From Candidatus Saccharicenans sp. (GTDB lineage Bacteria; Acidobacteriota; Aminicenantia; Aminicenantales; Saccharicenantaceae), in assembly GCA_029907135.1 (NCBI GenBank), contig JARYMJ010000006.1, forward strand, positions 1,260 to 65,259: a stretch of 64,000 bases of DNA, read 5' to 3'. The position numbers and the translations under genes were made by a program. Shown in pieces: positions 56,174 through 64,000 of the stretch (position 1 is its first letter; each line of letters starts with the position of its first letter). The notes below the pieces were generated by a model. That model ran no database searches and was not told the origin of the DNA. It saw nothing but the letters and a program-made list of their open reading frames with translations.

Positions 56174-57196
56174 CTAAAGATTAATCGTGCTCCCGGCCCG
56201 GTCAAGGTATTTCCAGGCTCTGGAAGCCAAGTGTAAACCTTTAAGGCCCAGTTTTTCAACTTTAACCAGAAAATGAGCCGGCGAGCCGGGTTGGGCCTGG
56301 CTCAGGTGGTAAAGGCCTAACTGTAACCGGCCCAGCTCGGTGGCCAGGAAGCAGATTTCAGCCTCCAGGTTCGCAGGCCATCCCTGAGGCGGTCTGCGAC
56401 TGGCCAAGCTCTGCCAGGCGGACCTTAGCCAGCCGGAAAAACAGGCTAAAAGAAGAAGATAATAGCCGGCCAGCAGAGACTGAAATTGGCCGAGTTGGAG
56501 CTGCAGAACAGGCTGCTTTGTCCAGTTGGAGCCAGAATCCAGACGCAGTTCACACCTGGCCGGTCTTAATGGAAAATATCGCTTGGCTGGGCGGCAGTCG
56601 TAAATCCTGATACTTGGAGACTCAACAAGATAATACGACACTACCGGGTTGGAAAAATCTCTTGACTCACCGGAGGCCGGGAGCAACATTTTTCTTAAAG
56701 GCAGCCCGGTGAAAACGGGCACGGCGGACTCCCAGTTTTCTCCCGGACCGGCCAAAACACCAGCCACTCCCTCCAACATTAACCGGAGAGTTCTTCTGGT
56801 CGGCAACGGCAGAAAGAGATGATTGACCTCGTCCAGGACATAATTTCTTCCGTTTTTTCTTCTGGACGGTTCTTCGGATTTCTTGTCTATCAGCCCGGAA
56901 AGTCTCAGGACGGGAAGAATCAACCCCTGTTGAACGGCCAGTTCCAATCCGGACTCCGGAAAGTGAGCGGCCAGCTCTTCCGTTAACCAGACCAGGCGCT
57001 CAGCTTCCTTCTGTCCCGCCCGGAAAAAATCGCCTTGGCCTAAGGCAGATTTTAGCAGCCGGGACAGCTCCTGGTTCAGGTTTTTCTCCAGAGAAACAGT
57101 TATCCTGTCGGCCGGAGAGTCCTTAATTCCTGAAGTCAGCCGACGTATTTCTTGCCTAAGCTGGCAGAGGCTTTCCGCTAAGAAACAGTCTATCAT
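56174..57196 (-). CDS. Hypothetical protein, 14 nt upstream of the NIF3-family gene
   Basis: 340-aa ORF that fills the interval. No motif recognised. One hydrophobic stretch (LLAGYYLLLLACFSGWL). Confidence 0.5.
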   Translation of the reverse strand: MIDCFLAESLCQLRQEIRRLTSGIKDSPADRITVSLEKNLNQELSRLLKSALGQGDFFRAGQKEAERLVWLTEELAAHFPESGLELAVQQGLILPVLRLSGLIDKKSEEPSRRKNGRNYVLDEVNHLFLPLPTRRTLRLMLEGVAGVLAGPGENWESAVPVFTGLPLRKMLLPASGESRDFSNPVVSYYLVESPSIRIYDCRPAKRYFPLRPARCELRLDSGSNWTKQPVLQLQLGQFQSLLAGYYLLLLACFSGWLRSAWQSLASRRPPQGWPANLEAEICFLATELGRLQLGLYHLSQAQPGSPAHFLVKVEKLGLKGLHLASRAWKYLDRAGSTINL

Positions 57197-57297
57197 CTTC
57201 AGGCCAAATATAACTGTTTGTAGCGGTTAAAGCAAGCCGACGGCCTGCTCCTTCCGGGTATTTGACACCCACCTGGTAATTGAGTAAATTTTAATCC

Positions 57298-57564
57298 GTG
57301 TTAATAAGGTTAATCTTCCTGGCCCTGCTGCTCTATCTCATTTACCTTGTAGTTCGCTTTTTCCAGTCTCTGGGCCAACCACCCCGAACCGGCCGCCGCC
57401 AGCCCGATTCCTTACCCAGAAAAACCATGGTTAAGGATGAAGTCTGCAATACTTATATTTCAGAGGAGGAAGCTCTAAAAGAAAACCATAACGGCCAGGT
57501 CTATTACTTCTGTTCCGAAGACTGCCGAAAAAAGTTTCTGGCCTCGAAAGACAGGACCGGCTGA
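57298..57564 (+). CDS. Membrane-anchored YHS/TRASH-domain protein
   Basis: N-terminal TM helix, then VCNTYISEEEA...YYFCSEDCRKKF (the YHS-type Cys pattern). GTG start. Confidence 0.6.
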   Translation: MLIRLIFLALLLYLIYLVVRFFQSLGQPPRTGRRQPDSLPRKTMVKDEVCNTYISEEEALKENHNGQVYYFCSEDCRKKFLASKDRTG

Positions 57565-57571
57565 GAACCTC

Positions 57572-57856
57572 TCAGAAGCCGGAAAACTTTATGGAAAAAT
57601 CATAAAATTCATCCCTGAAATCTTCCCAGTTGACTTCCACCTCTTCCACTCGGGCCAGCCGTGGGCCCCTTTTGAGCTGAGCCAGGAACTGTTCCAGCCT
57701 ATCTTTCTCGCCTTCGGCCACCACCTCCACCCGCCCGTCATACAAATTTCGTACCCAGCCGGTCACTTCCAGAGTGCTGGCTATCTCCTGGGCAAAGTAA
57801 CGGAAGGCCACACCCTGCACCCGGCCAGAAATGAAAGCATGGAACCTGGCTTTCAC
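57572..57856 (-). CDS. acyP: Acylphosphatase
   Basis: 94 aa with [13 protein letters not shown] and [13 protein letters not shown]. Confidence 0.85.
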   Translation of the reverse strand: MKARFHAFISGRVQGVAFRYFAQEIASTLEVTGWVRNLYDGRVEVVAEGEKDRLEQFLAQLKRGPRLARVEEVEVNWEDFRDEFYDFSIKFSGF

Positions 57857-57940
57857 GAACAGAATTTTACCATAAAGAGAGCATGAGTTAAAAAAGGAAA
57901 CCGGCTAAAAATATTCCAAATTTTAGGTTAGAATTAGCTT

Positions 57941-58711
57941 GTGAGAAAAACACTGCTGACCGTAGCTGGCTTTGACCCCTCCTCTGGCGCCGGAGCCACC
58001 CTGGATTTAAGGGTTTTCCGCCATTTTGGCTTTCATGGCCTGGCCATCCTCACTGCTATTACCATCCAGAATTCCAGCCGGGTTTATGGCTACCGAACTT
58101 TATCCCCAAAACTGGCCCTCGAGCAATACCGCCGACTTAAGTCAGATTTCAACTTGTCCGGGATTAAAATCGGCATGCTGGGCAGCCGGAAGATCATCCC
58201 GGTCATTGCTGAAATTGCCGGAGAAAACCGCTCTCTGCCGCTGGTGGTGGACCCGGTCTTCCGTTCCTCCTCTGGCCGCTGGCTGCTGGAAAAATCGAGC
58301 CTCCGGTCTTATCTTAATGCCATAAGCGGTAAAATCACCCTGATCACGCCCAACCTTAATGAAGCTTCACTAATTCTGGGAGAAAGAATCGACCGGCCGG
58401 AAAAAATGGAGGAAGCGGCCCGCAGCCTCAGCCAACTGACCTCTTCCGCCTGTCTGGTAAAAGGTGGGCACCTGCCGGGAACAGCGGTAGCTGTTGATGT
58501 TCTTTTTGACGGTAGCCGTTTTTACCACTTCCAGAAGAAAAAACTCCCGTTGGAGGTTCATGGCAGTGGCTGTTTTCTGTCATCGGCCATCCTCTGCTTC
58601 TTGGCGGCCGGCTATTCCCTGCCGGAAGCCTGCCGCCGGGCCTCAGCCGCCGTTTACCACCGCCTTCGTTCTCCCCTTAAAATAAGTCGCCGTCCCCTGT
58701 TCGACATTTAG
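57941..58711 (+). CDS. thiD: Hydroxymethylpyrimidine/phosphomethylpyrimidine kinase
   Basis: LTVAGFDPSSGAGATLDLRVF, GIKIGML, VVDPV, LITPNLNEA, HGSGCFLSSAI. GTG start. Confidence 0.85.
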   Translation: MRKTLLTVAGFDPSSGAGATLDLRVFRHFGFHGLAILTAITIQNSSRVYGYRTLSPKLALEQYRRLKSDFNLSGIKIGMLGSRKIIPVIAEIAGENRSLPLVVDPVFRSSSGRWLLEKSSLRSYLNAISGKITLITPNLNEASLILGERIDRPEKMEEAARSLSQLTSSACLVKGGHLPGTAVAVDVLFDGSRFYHFQKKKLPLEVHGSGCFLSSAILCFLAAGYSLPEACRRASAAVYHRLRSPLKISRRPLFDI

Positions 58712-58989
58712 GAGCTGGTGCCAGATTGGGTTTTATTTGGCCCTGTCATCGCGGACCTTAAAATTATTTTTTGCAAGGAAAACCCTTTTTATTAAAACCG
58801 AGCCATTTATCTTATAAAGTTATAAAGTCCGCTACCCAGCTGGGCCTCAGTTCGTTTCCGGCGTTATCCCGAACAAAAAATAATAAACGGACGACCAGCT
58901 CAGACGAATAGAGCCAAAGCTTGCTCTCTTCAATAACTGGTTTCCAGCTGGGAACGAGCTTTATTTTTTTCAGCCACCAAGACCCCGAG

Positions 58990-61311
58990 CTATTTCTGCG
59001 GCACCAGTTTTTCTGTTCTCTCCAGGACCCGACCGACGGCCGCTTCTGAAAAAGCCCAGGGATGGTAAAGGCTGTTTAGGTAGAGTGAAATCTGGTCCTT
59101 ATAGTGAGGGCTCAGGAAGTGACCGCTCTGTCCTGAAGTTATCACCGACAGGGACTTATCCAGGTCAGACAGGTCGACTATCAGACGGCAGGAAGCCCCG
59201 CCAGTGGTCTCCCAGCCGTCGTCGCTAAAACTGGCCCGGACCGTTGTCAAATCACCTATCATCGGGAATTTTCCGCAATTGAAAAACCCCAGGAACCATT
59301 TCTTGCCGAGCACGTGGCTGTAACCCAGGCGGTGAAGCCTGGCCCAGTCCCACTTTTCCTGATTTCTCCCGAACTTGTGGCGCAGGTAATCTCGGGCTTC
59401 GAGCAGAGCTTTCTCGATGATTTCTTCCCGCGTTTCCACCTTCTCAGTTTCCTTAAGATCAAACCAGATGGAATCGGGCTGGTCCAAGATTCTTTCCAGT
59501 CCGGCTTCCTTGGCCCGGAAATACTCAGCAATTTGAGGGTAATATGAACGAAAATCATCGCTGAAAGTCAATTCCTGTAGCCTGTCCCAGAAAACCTCAA
59601 AGAGGGCCGGGGCCAGACCTTCCCGAACCTGGCCCGACCATTGAATCAGGAGTTTCCGGGCTTCTTCGGCTGCCGGGTGGCTCAGCCTGATCTGGTTGAG
59701 GACTTTCTTGACCCGTTCGGCCCGGCGAGAATAAACATCATTTTGAATGGCAATCAGGCTCTCCACTGAATGCCTGGGACGGGCGGCGATAAGTTCTGCA
59801 ATCCTTTCTTTTCTATCAGAAGACAGCCAGTCATAGCCCAGGTAGTGCTGGTAGTCATCCGGAGAAATTCTGTTGTTAGCAGTCACGATGAAGCCGGAAG
59901 CCGGGTTGAACTGATTGGGTTTATCTTCCTCGGCCAGGTAGCCACTCCACTGGCTATCCTCCCTCCAGCCGGGATAGGGATAGACGGCGGTCTCTTTTTT
60001 CCTGACCGGAATTTTGCCCGAAAGGTAGTAGCCGATATTGCCGACCACATCGGCATAGACAAAATTTTGGGAGGGATTTTCAAAAAGCCTGGCCCCCCGG
60101 CAGAATTCCTCCCAGTTCCGGGCCTTGTTAATCAAGTACAGCCCGGCCACGGTGCTATCCCCCTCGTACAGTGTCCAGCGCAGGGTAATGGGCATCTCGC
60201 AACTCAGAAGAAAGGGGTTGATCATCGGGCCTTCTTCGACCCAGCGCACCGACATCAACTGGGGATCCTTCCGGCCCCTGATCTTGACCTCTTCCCGGCG
60301 AAAGGAGAAGGGTTTCCATTGTCCATTCCGAAAATATGATTCTTTTTCCCAGTCGACCTGTTCCACGTAGATATCCTGGACGTCCACGTAAGAATTGGTC
60401 ACGCCCCAGGCCAGGTACTGGTTATGCCCGATTATCACCATCGGGACTCCGGGCACCGTCACTCCGCTCACCTTGTAATCGGGACATTCCAGTCCGATTT
60501 CCATCCAGATGGGTGGCACGGAAATATTCAGGTGGGGGTCATTGGCCAGGAACGGTAGCCCTGTTTCAGTCAGCTGACCGGAAATTACCCAGTTGTTGGA
60601 GCCCATCACCACCGACTGGCCCATCCAGCCCAGGTTGAGGTAATCCAGCCTGACTTCTGGGTCGGGCGGGAAGTCAATGCCCGGTTCCAGGACTTCCAGC
60701 CCCCGCCGCCCGGTCAATTTCATGATGTTCATGCGCGGTATTTCCGAGGTCAGGTCGGCCGCCAGGCTCATGGCCAGCACGTGTTTCACTCCCAGGGTAT
60801 CCTCAATCCGCCAGGGTTCGGGCCTGTACCTGAGGACGATGAACTCTGGCGGCCAGTTCCACTTGAGGCTTTCCATGTAAGTATTCACTCCCCGAGCATA
60901 AGCAGCCAGTAGCTCCTTCATTTCTCCGGACAATTTCTGGTAGTCTCTCTCAATGCCAACCTGGAGGCCCAGGATGCGGCTGCGAACATCAAACTTCACC
61001 CCCGGCTGACCCAGAATCTCAGCCAGGCGACCATGAGCTATCCGCCTGATCAGCTCCATCTGCCACAATCTCTCTCTGGCCTGGATATAGCCGGAAGCCA
61101 AGAAAAGGTCGAGCTCATTATTAGCTTTGAGGTGAGGAATACCCCACTTGTCCCAGTTAATCACAACTTCGGAGCGCAGGCCGGGAATCTGGCTGGTATC
61201 TTTTTTCGGGGGCAATGACGAACGAAAAGTGATGTAGAAAAATAGAAACGCCCCCAGCACCAGAAAAAAAATTGCGACCAGAATGAACCTTAGAAAGCGA
61301 TATTTTTTCAT
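58990..61311 (-). CDS. Penicillin-acylase-family Ntn hydrolase (peptidase S45), N-terminally anchored
   Basis: 773 aa. WDKWGIPHL, RLWQMEL, and the nucleophile motif MGSNNWVISG. The start overlaps the stop of the upstream gene (ATGA, 61308-61311). Confidence 0.9.
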   Translation of the reverse strand: MKKYRFLRFILVAIFFLVLGAFLFFYITFRSSLPPKKDTSQIPGLRSEVVINWDKWGIPHLKANNELDLFLASGYIQARERLWQMELIRRIAHGRLAEILGQPGVKFDVRSRILGLQVGIERDYQKLSGEMKELLAAYARGVNTYMESLKWNWPPEFIVLRYRPEPWRIEDTLGVKHVLAMSLAADLTSEIPRMNIMKLTGRRGLEVLEPGIDFPPDPEVRLDYLNLGWMGQSVVMGSNNWVISGQLTETGLPFLANDPHLNISVPPIWMEIGLECPDYKVSGVTVPGVPMVIIGHNQYLAWGVTNSYVDVQDIYVEQVDWEKESYFRNGQWKPFSFRREEVKIRGRKDPQLMSVRWVEEGPMINPFLLSCEMPITLRWTLYEGDSTVAGLYLINKARNWEEFCRGARLFENPSQNFVYADVVGNIGYYLSGKIPVRKKETAVYPYPGWREDSQWSGYLAEEDKPNQFNPASGFIVTANNRISPDDYQHYLGYDWLSSDRKERIAELIAARPRHSVESLIAIQNDVYSRRAERVKKVLNQIRLSHPAAEEARKLLIQWSGQVREGLAPALFEVFWDRLQELTFSDDFRSYYPQIAEYFRAKEAGLERILDQPDSIWFDLKETEKVETREEIIEKALLEARDYLRHKFGRNQEKWDWARLHRLGYSHVLGKKWFLGFFNCGKFPMIGDLTTVRASFSDDGWETTGGASCRLIVDLSDLDKSLSVITSGQSGHFLSPHYKDQISLYLNSLYHPWAFSEAAVGRVLERTEKLVPQK

Positions 61312-62381
61312 CCTTCGCTCCTTGCGGCCGCAGCCGGCTGTGACTTTTCCCCGTCTTCACCATAAGCCCGAATTACCCTGTCGGCTTTCTTGAGAACCGA
61401 CTCCGGCAAACTGATTCCCTGATTCTGGGCCGCTTCCTGGTTCACAAAAAATCTGACCCGGTCAATATACTGGAAGGGAATCCTGGACGGGCTTTCCCCG
61501 TTCTTGATTCTTATGACCAGTTCAGCGGTTTTGTAGCCGATGTCCTCAAAGCCAAAACCCATGGAAGCGCAGGCTCCGAGTTCGGCTCCGGTGGCAAAAG
61601 CCGCAAAAAGCGGCAACCGGTTTTCAGCCGCCAGCTTGCCGATTACCTGAAAATTGGCGTTGATGGTATTATCAGAAACCGGGAACAGCACCTCTACTCG
61701 GTCTCGCACCAGGGCCTGAACGGCCTGGACAATCTCCCCGGCTCCAGCAATCGGCTGGCTGATTATTTCCAGCCCGAGCTCGGAAGCTGCTTCTCTCATT
61801 AACTCCAGGTAATATTCCGAGTTGATTTCGGAAGGCGTCCAGAGAGTGCCAATTTTTCTGGCTGCCGGCAGCAGCTGGTGAATCAGGGCCAGGACCTGCC
61901 TGATGGGAGCGGTGGAACAGACCCCGGTTACCCTGGGGTCATGGTCTACCGCTGTCCGTCCGGCTCTGACGATGTAGGGATTGGCCACTGAAGAAAAAAC
62001 TACCGGCTGTTCGCTGGAAGCAATCAGGGCTGCCTGGAGGGCGGCCGTGGAAACGGGCACCAGCAGGTCGGCCCTGGCCGCCAGGTCCTGCACCAGCTCC
62101 GGCAGCACCGCCACCTGCCCGCCCGCCTTCCGGACGACGATTTCGAGCTGCTGGCCGCTGCTTTTCTGGTACTCTTCCAGTTTTTCCTGCAGCCCGCGCA
62201 GCACCTGGAGAGAGGTAGGAGAGTTGTAAGCCAGGATTATGCCCACCATATATTGCTTCTTAGCTTTTTCCGCTCTCTCCATTTTTTCTTTACAACCTGT
62301 TAGCATCATAGCCGGACCGATAGCCAGCATCAAAAACCATAATAAGAGACGCTTGGTTGACAAAGTTTTTCTCACTCTCAT
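61308..62381 (-). CDS. ABC-transporter substrate-binding lipoprotein (ABC_sub_bind / COG2984-like); no permease or ATPase adjacent
   Basis: Lipobox MLTGC. The periplasmic-binding fold pattern (VGIILAYNSP..., IGTLWTPSE...NSEYY) matches my recollection of PF04392-type proteins. Confidence 0.7.
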   Translation of the reverse strand: MRVRKTLSTKRLLLWFLMLAIGPAMMLTGCKEKMERAEKAKKQYMVGIILAYNSPTSLQVLRGLQEKLEEYQKSSGQQLEIVVRKAGGQVAVLPELVQDLAARADLLVPVSTAALQAALIASSEQPVVFSSVANPYIVRAGRTAVDHDPRVTGVCSTAPIRQVLALIHQLLPAARKIGTLWTPSEINSEYYLELMREAASELGLEIISQPIAGAGEIVQAVQALVRDRVEVLFPVSDNTINANFQVIGKLAAENRLPLFAAFATGAELGACASMGFGFEDIGYKTAELVIRIKNGESPSRIPFQYIDRVRFFVNQEAAQNQGISLPESVLKKADRVIRAYGEDGEKSQPAAAARSEG

Positions 62382-62396
62382 TGTTAAAATTAAATT

Positions 62397-63374
62397 TTAT
62401 TGTGAAAAGACCAATTTTTCCCAGAGACCATCTTCAATATTACCACCGCTGACGATAGCCACCAGCTTTCTGCATGAAAAAAGCTCGGGATAGGTGCGCA
62501 GCCCGGCCAGTGACAGGGCCCCGGCCCCTTCCACCTGCTGACGGTGATGACGAAAACAGATGATGATAGCTTGAATGATGGCTTCCTCGGTAACGGTCAG
62601 GAGGCGGTCGACATACTTCTGGATGAGTTCGAAGGTGAGGGAATTGTCCTCCAGCCCCCCGGCCACAGCCTCGGCTATGGTGGCTTTCTCAGGAAAAGCA
62701 TTATCTATCCTTCCCAGGGCCAGAGAATGTTTGATAAAGGCTGAGTTTTCTGGTTCGATCCCGGTAATCCTGACGGCCGGATTTTTTTCTTTCAGGTAGC
62801 AGGCTATCCCGGCCACCAGCCCTCCCCCGCCCACCGGCACCACCACCTCATCCACCTCGGACCAATCGTCCCAGATCTCCAGGCCGCAAGTCCCCTGGCC
62901 GGCAATCACTTCCTCATCATTGTAAGGTGAAACGAAGACCCGGCCGCCAGACCGGGCTTCTTCCCGGGCCAGCTTTTCAGCCTGCTCGCAGGGCCCGTCC
63001 ACCTGGTTGAGCTTAACCCCGTATTCCTCCAGATATTCTTTCTTGACCGGAGAAATGGTCCGGGGGACATAGAGTTCCAGGCGGAGTTTTTCCAAGCTAC
63101 AGACATGGGCGGTGGCCAGGCCATGATTACCGGTGGAGGCCGCCACCACGCCGTTCTGTTGGCAGGACGCCAGATTGGCCAGAATCTTGTTGCTGGCCCC
63201 ACGAATCTTAAAGGAACCGGTAGGCTGGGTATTTTCCCACTTCAGATAGACTTTTGAATGAAGCCGGGCCGAAAGTTCCAGCGATTCCGACATTGGTGTT
63301 TTTAGGGCATAGCCCCTGATTCTGGCCTCGGCCTCTTCAATTTTTCGGGCGAGCAGCACCATCATCAGACCCAA
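62397..63374 (-). CDS. Threonine ammonia-lyase / serine-threonine dehydratase, short form (no ACT regulatory domain)
   Basis: TGSFKIRGA (PLP lysine), STGNHG, VPVGGGGL. The ORF track start is a TTG at 63374. ATG alternatives lie at 63365 and 63362. Confidence 0.8.
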   Translation of the reverse strand: MGLMMVLLARKIEEAEARIRGYALKTPMSESLELSARLHSKVYLKWENTQPTGSFKIRGASNKILANLASCQQNGVVAASTGNHGLATAHVCSLEKLRLELYVPRTISPVKKEYLEEYGVKLNQVDGPCEQAEKLAREEARSGGRVFVSPYNDEEVIAGQGTCGLEIWDDWSEVDEVVVPVGGGGLVAGIACYLKEKNPAVRITGIEPENSAFIKHSLALGRIDNAFPEKATIAEAVAGGLEDNSLTFELIQKYVDRLLTVTEEAIIQAIIICFRHHRQQVEGAGALSLAGLRTYPELFSCRKLVAIVSGGNIEDGLWEKLVFSQ

Positions 63375-63410
63375 CAGCCTTTCTGTCTTTATTTTACTTA
63401 TAACATAAAT

Positions 63411-63439
63411 TTGACTTAAGTTTAATCTTAAATTATTGT
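63411..63439 (+). promoter_or_regulatory. Candidate sigma70 promoter for cobO
   Basis: TTGACT (63411-63416), a 17-nt spacer, then TATTGT (63434-63439), 46 nt upstream of the ATG at 63485. Confidence 0.35.
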
Positions 63440-63484
63440 GGTAGCCTGGAAATCACAAAGCACCCGGCAATTTAGCCCTCGACC

Positions 63485-64000
63485 ATGAAAGCCAGACCAG
63501 AAGCCACCAGAACCGGCCGCCAGGCCGAAAGCTGGCGCGGTTATATTCAGGTCTATACCGGCGAGGGCAAGGGAAAAACTACAGCGGCTTTGGGGCTGGC
63601 TCTGCGGGCCGCCGGTCATGGTTTCAGAACCTACATCGGGCAGTTCCTTAAAGGTCAGCCGAGCGGGGAAATCCTGGCCGCCAGGAAGCTCTCCACCCTG
63701 ATTACCGTGGAACAGTTCGGCCGGAAAAAATTCCTGAAGGTAACAGCAGATTTTGAGGAAGAAGATTACCGGCTGGCCGAAGCCGGCCTTAAAAAGTGCC
63801 TGAAAGCCATGCTCAGTGGTCAATATCGGATCGTAGTGCTGGATGAAATCAACGTGGCCCTCAATCTTGGTTTGCTTAAAGAGAAGCAGGTCCTGGAATT
63901 TCTGGACAGGAAGCCAGAAGAGGTCGAGGTTATCTTGACCGGGCGCTACGCTCCCGAGTCCATCCTGGCCCGGGCCGACCTGGTCACCGAAATGGTCTGC
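63485..64000 (+). CDS. cobO: Cob(I)yrinic acid a,c-diamide adenosyltransferase (CobO/BtuR), 3'-truncated by the window end
   Basis: Not in the ORF track because there is no stop in the window. My translation: MKARPEATRTGRQAESWRGYIQVYTGEGKGKTTAALGLALRAAGHG...VVLDEINVAL...ILTGR. The P-loop and the DE motif are typical of CobO. Confidence 0.85.
   Translation, partial: MKARPEATRTGRQAESWRGYIQVYTGEGKGKTTAALGLALRAAGHGFRTYIGQFLKGQPSGEILAARKLSTLITVEQFGRKKFLKVTADFEEEDYRLAEAGLKKCLKAMLSGQYRIVVLDEINVALNLGLLKEKQVLEFLDRKPEEVEVILTGRYAPESILARADLVTEMVC

Noticed and set aside
57857-57940. TPP riboswitch upstream of thiD
   Set aside because: The interval is only 84 nt and lacks the conserved CUGAGA and ACCUGAUCUGGAUAAUGCCAGCG-type elements.
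63375-63484. Cobalamin riboswitch upstream of cobO
   Set aside because: The interval is 110 nt, too short for the riboswitch, and has no B12-box (GCCACUG-like). Only a small TTGTG...CACAA hairpin is present.
63428-63823. 131-aa minus-strand ORF
   Set aside because: The plus strand here encodes a clear CobO/BtuR adenosyltransferase (P-loop GEGKGKTTAA). It is missing from the ORF track only because it runs off the window.
1-64000. CRISPR arrays, IS elements, prophage genes, toxin-antitoxin pairs and known defence systems
   Set aside because: I recognised no regularly spaced repeats, transposase, integrase or capsid-like ORFs, or small paired ORFs on either strand. This is a negative result from visual inspection only.

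Overview
This is a 64-kb chromosomal segment from a diderm-type bacterium (OmpA-like lipoprotein, many Sec-type signal peptides). I cannot assign a phylum from the sequence alone. Coding density is high: about 57 protein genes, 2 tRNA-Pro genes, and 2 gene remnants. I saw no rRNA, CRISPR array, transposase or integrase. Recognisable content falls into four groups. (1) A complete pstS-pstC-pstA-pstB-pstB-phoU phosphate uptake locus. (2) Peptide and amino-acid scavenging genes: S46 dipeptidyl-peptidase, cyanophycinase, type I asparaginase next to a YfcC-type carrier, an Ntn penicillin-acylase-family hydrolase, beta-lactamase-fold hydrolases and a short threonine dehydratase. (3) Housekeeping genes: rarA, surE, thiD, acyP, partial cobO and an ABC-F ATPase. 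(4) Signalling genes: a 1298-aa NtrY-like histidine kinase and a lone receiver protein. The stand-out is a 9.7-kb minus-strand array (1262-10959) of five paralogous signal-peptide proteins. They share an N-module (DH-x5-YYY-x-P ... R-L ... G-x-P-x-F-x-F-x-KY ... GG-h-h-H-F) and a C-terminal beta-type repeat ending Y-x-Y-x-h-x-W ... G ... S-x-W. I cannot place either module in a known family. The array lies between a decayed gene and a 595-bp non-coding region. The second notable point is that the two tandem PstB ATPases carry complementary motif degeneracy (signature in one; Q-loop and H-loop in the other), which predicts an asymmetric heterodimer. All calls come from manual translation and motif recognition. 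No database search, GC calculation or codon statistics were run.
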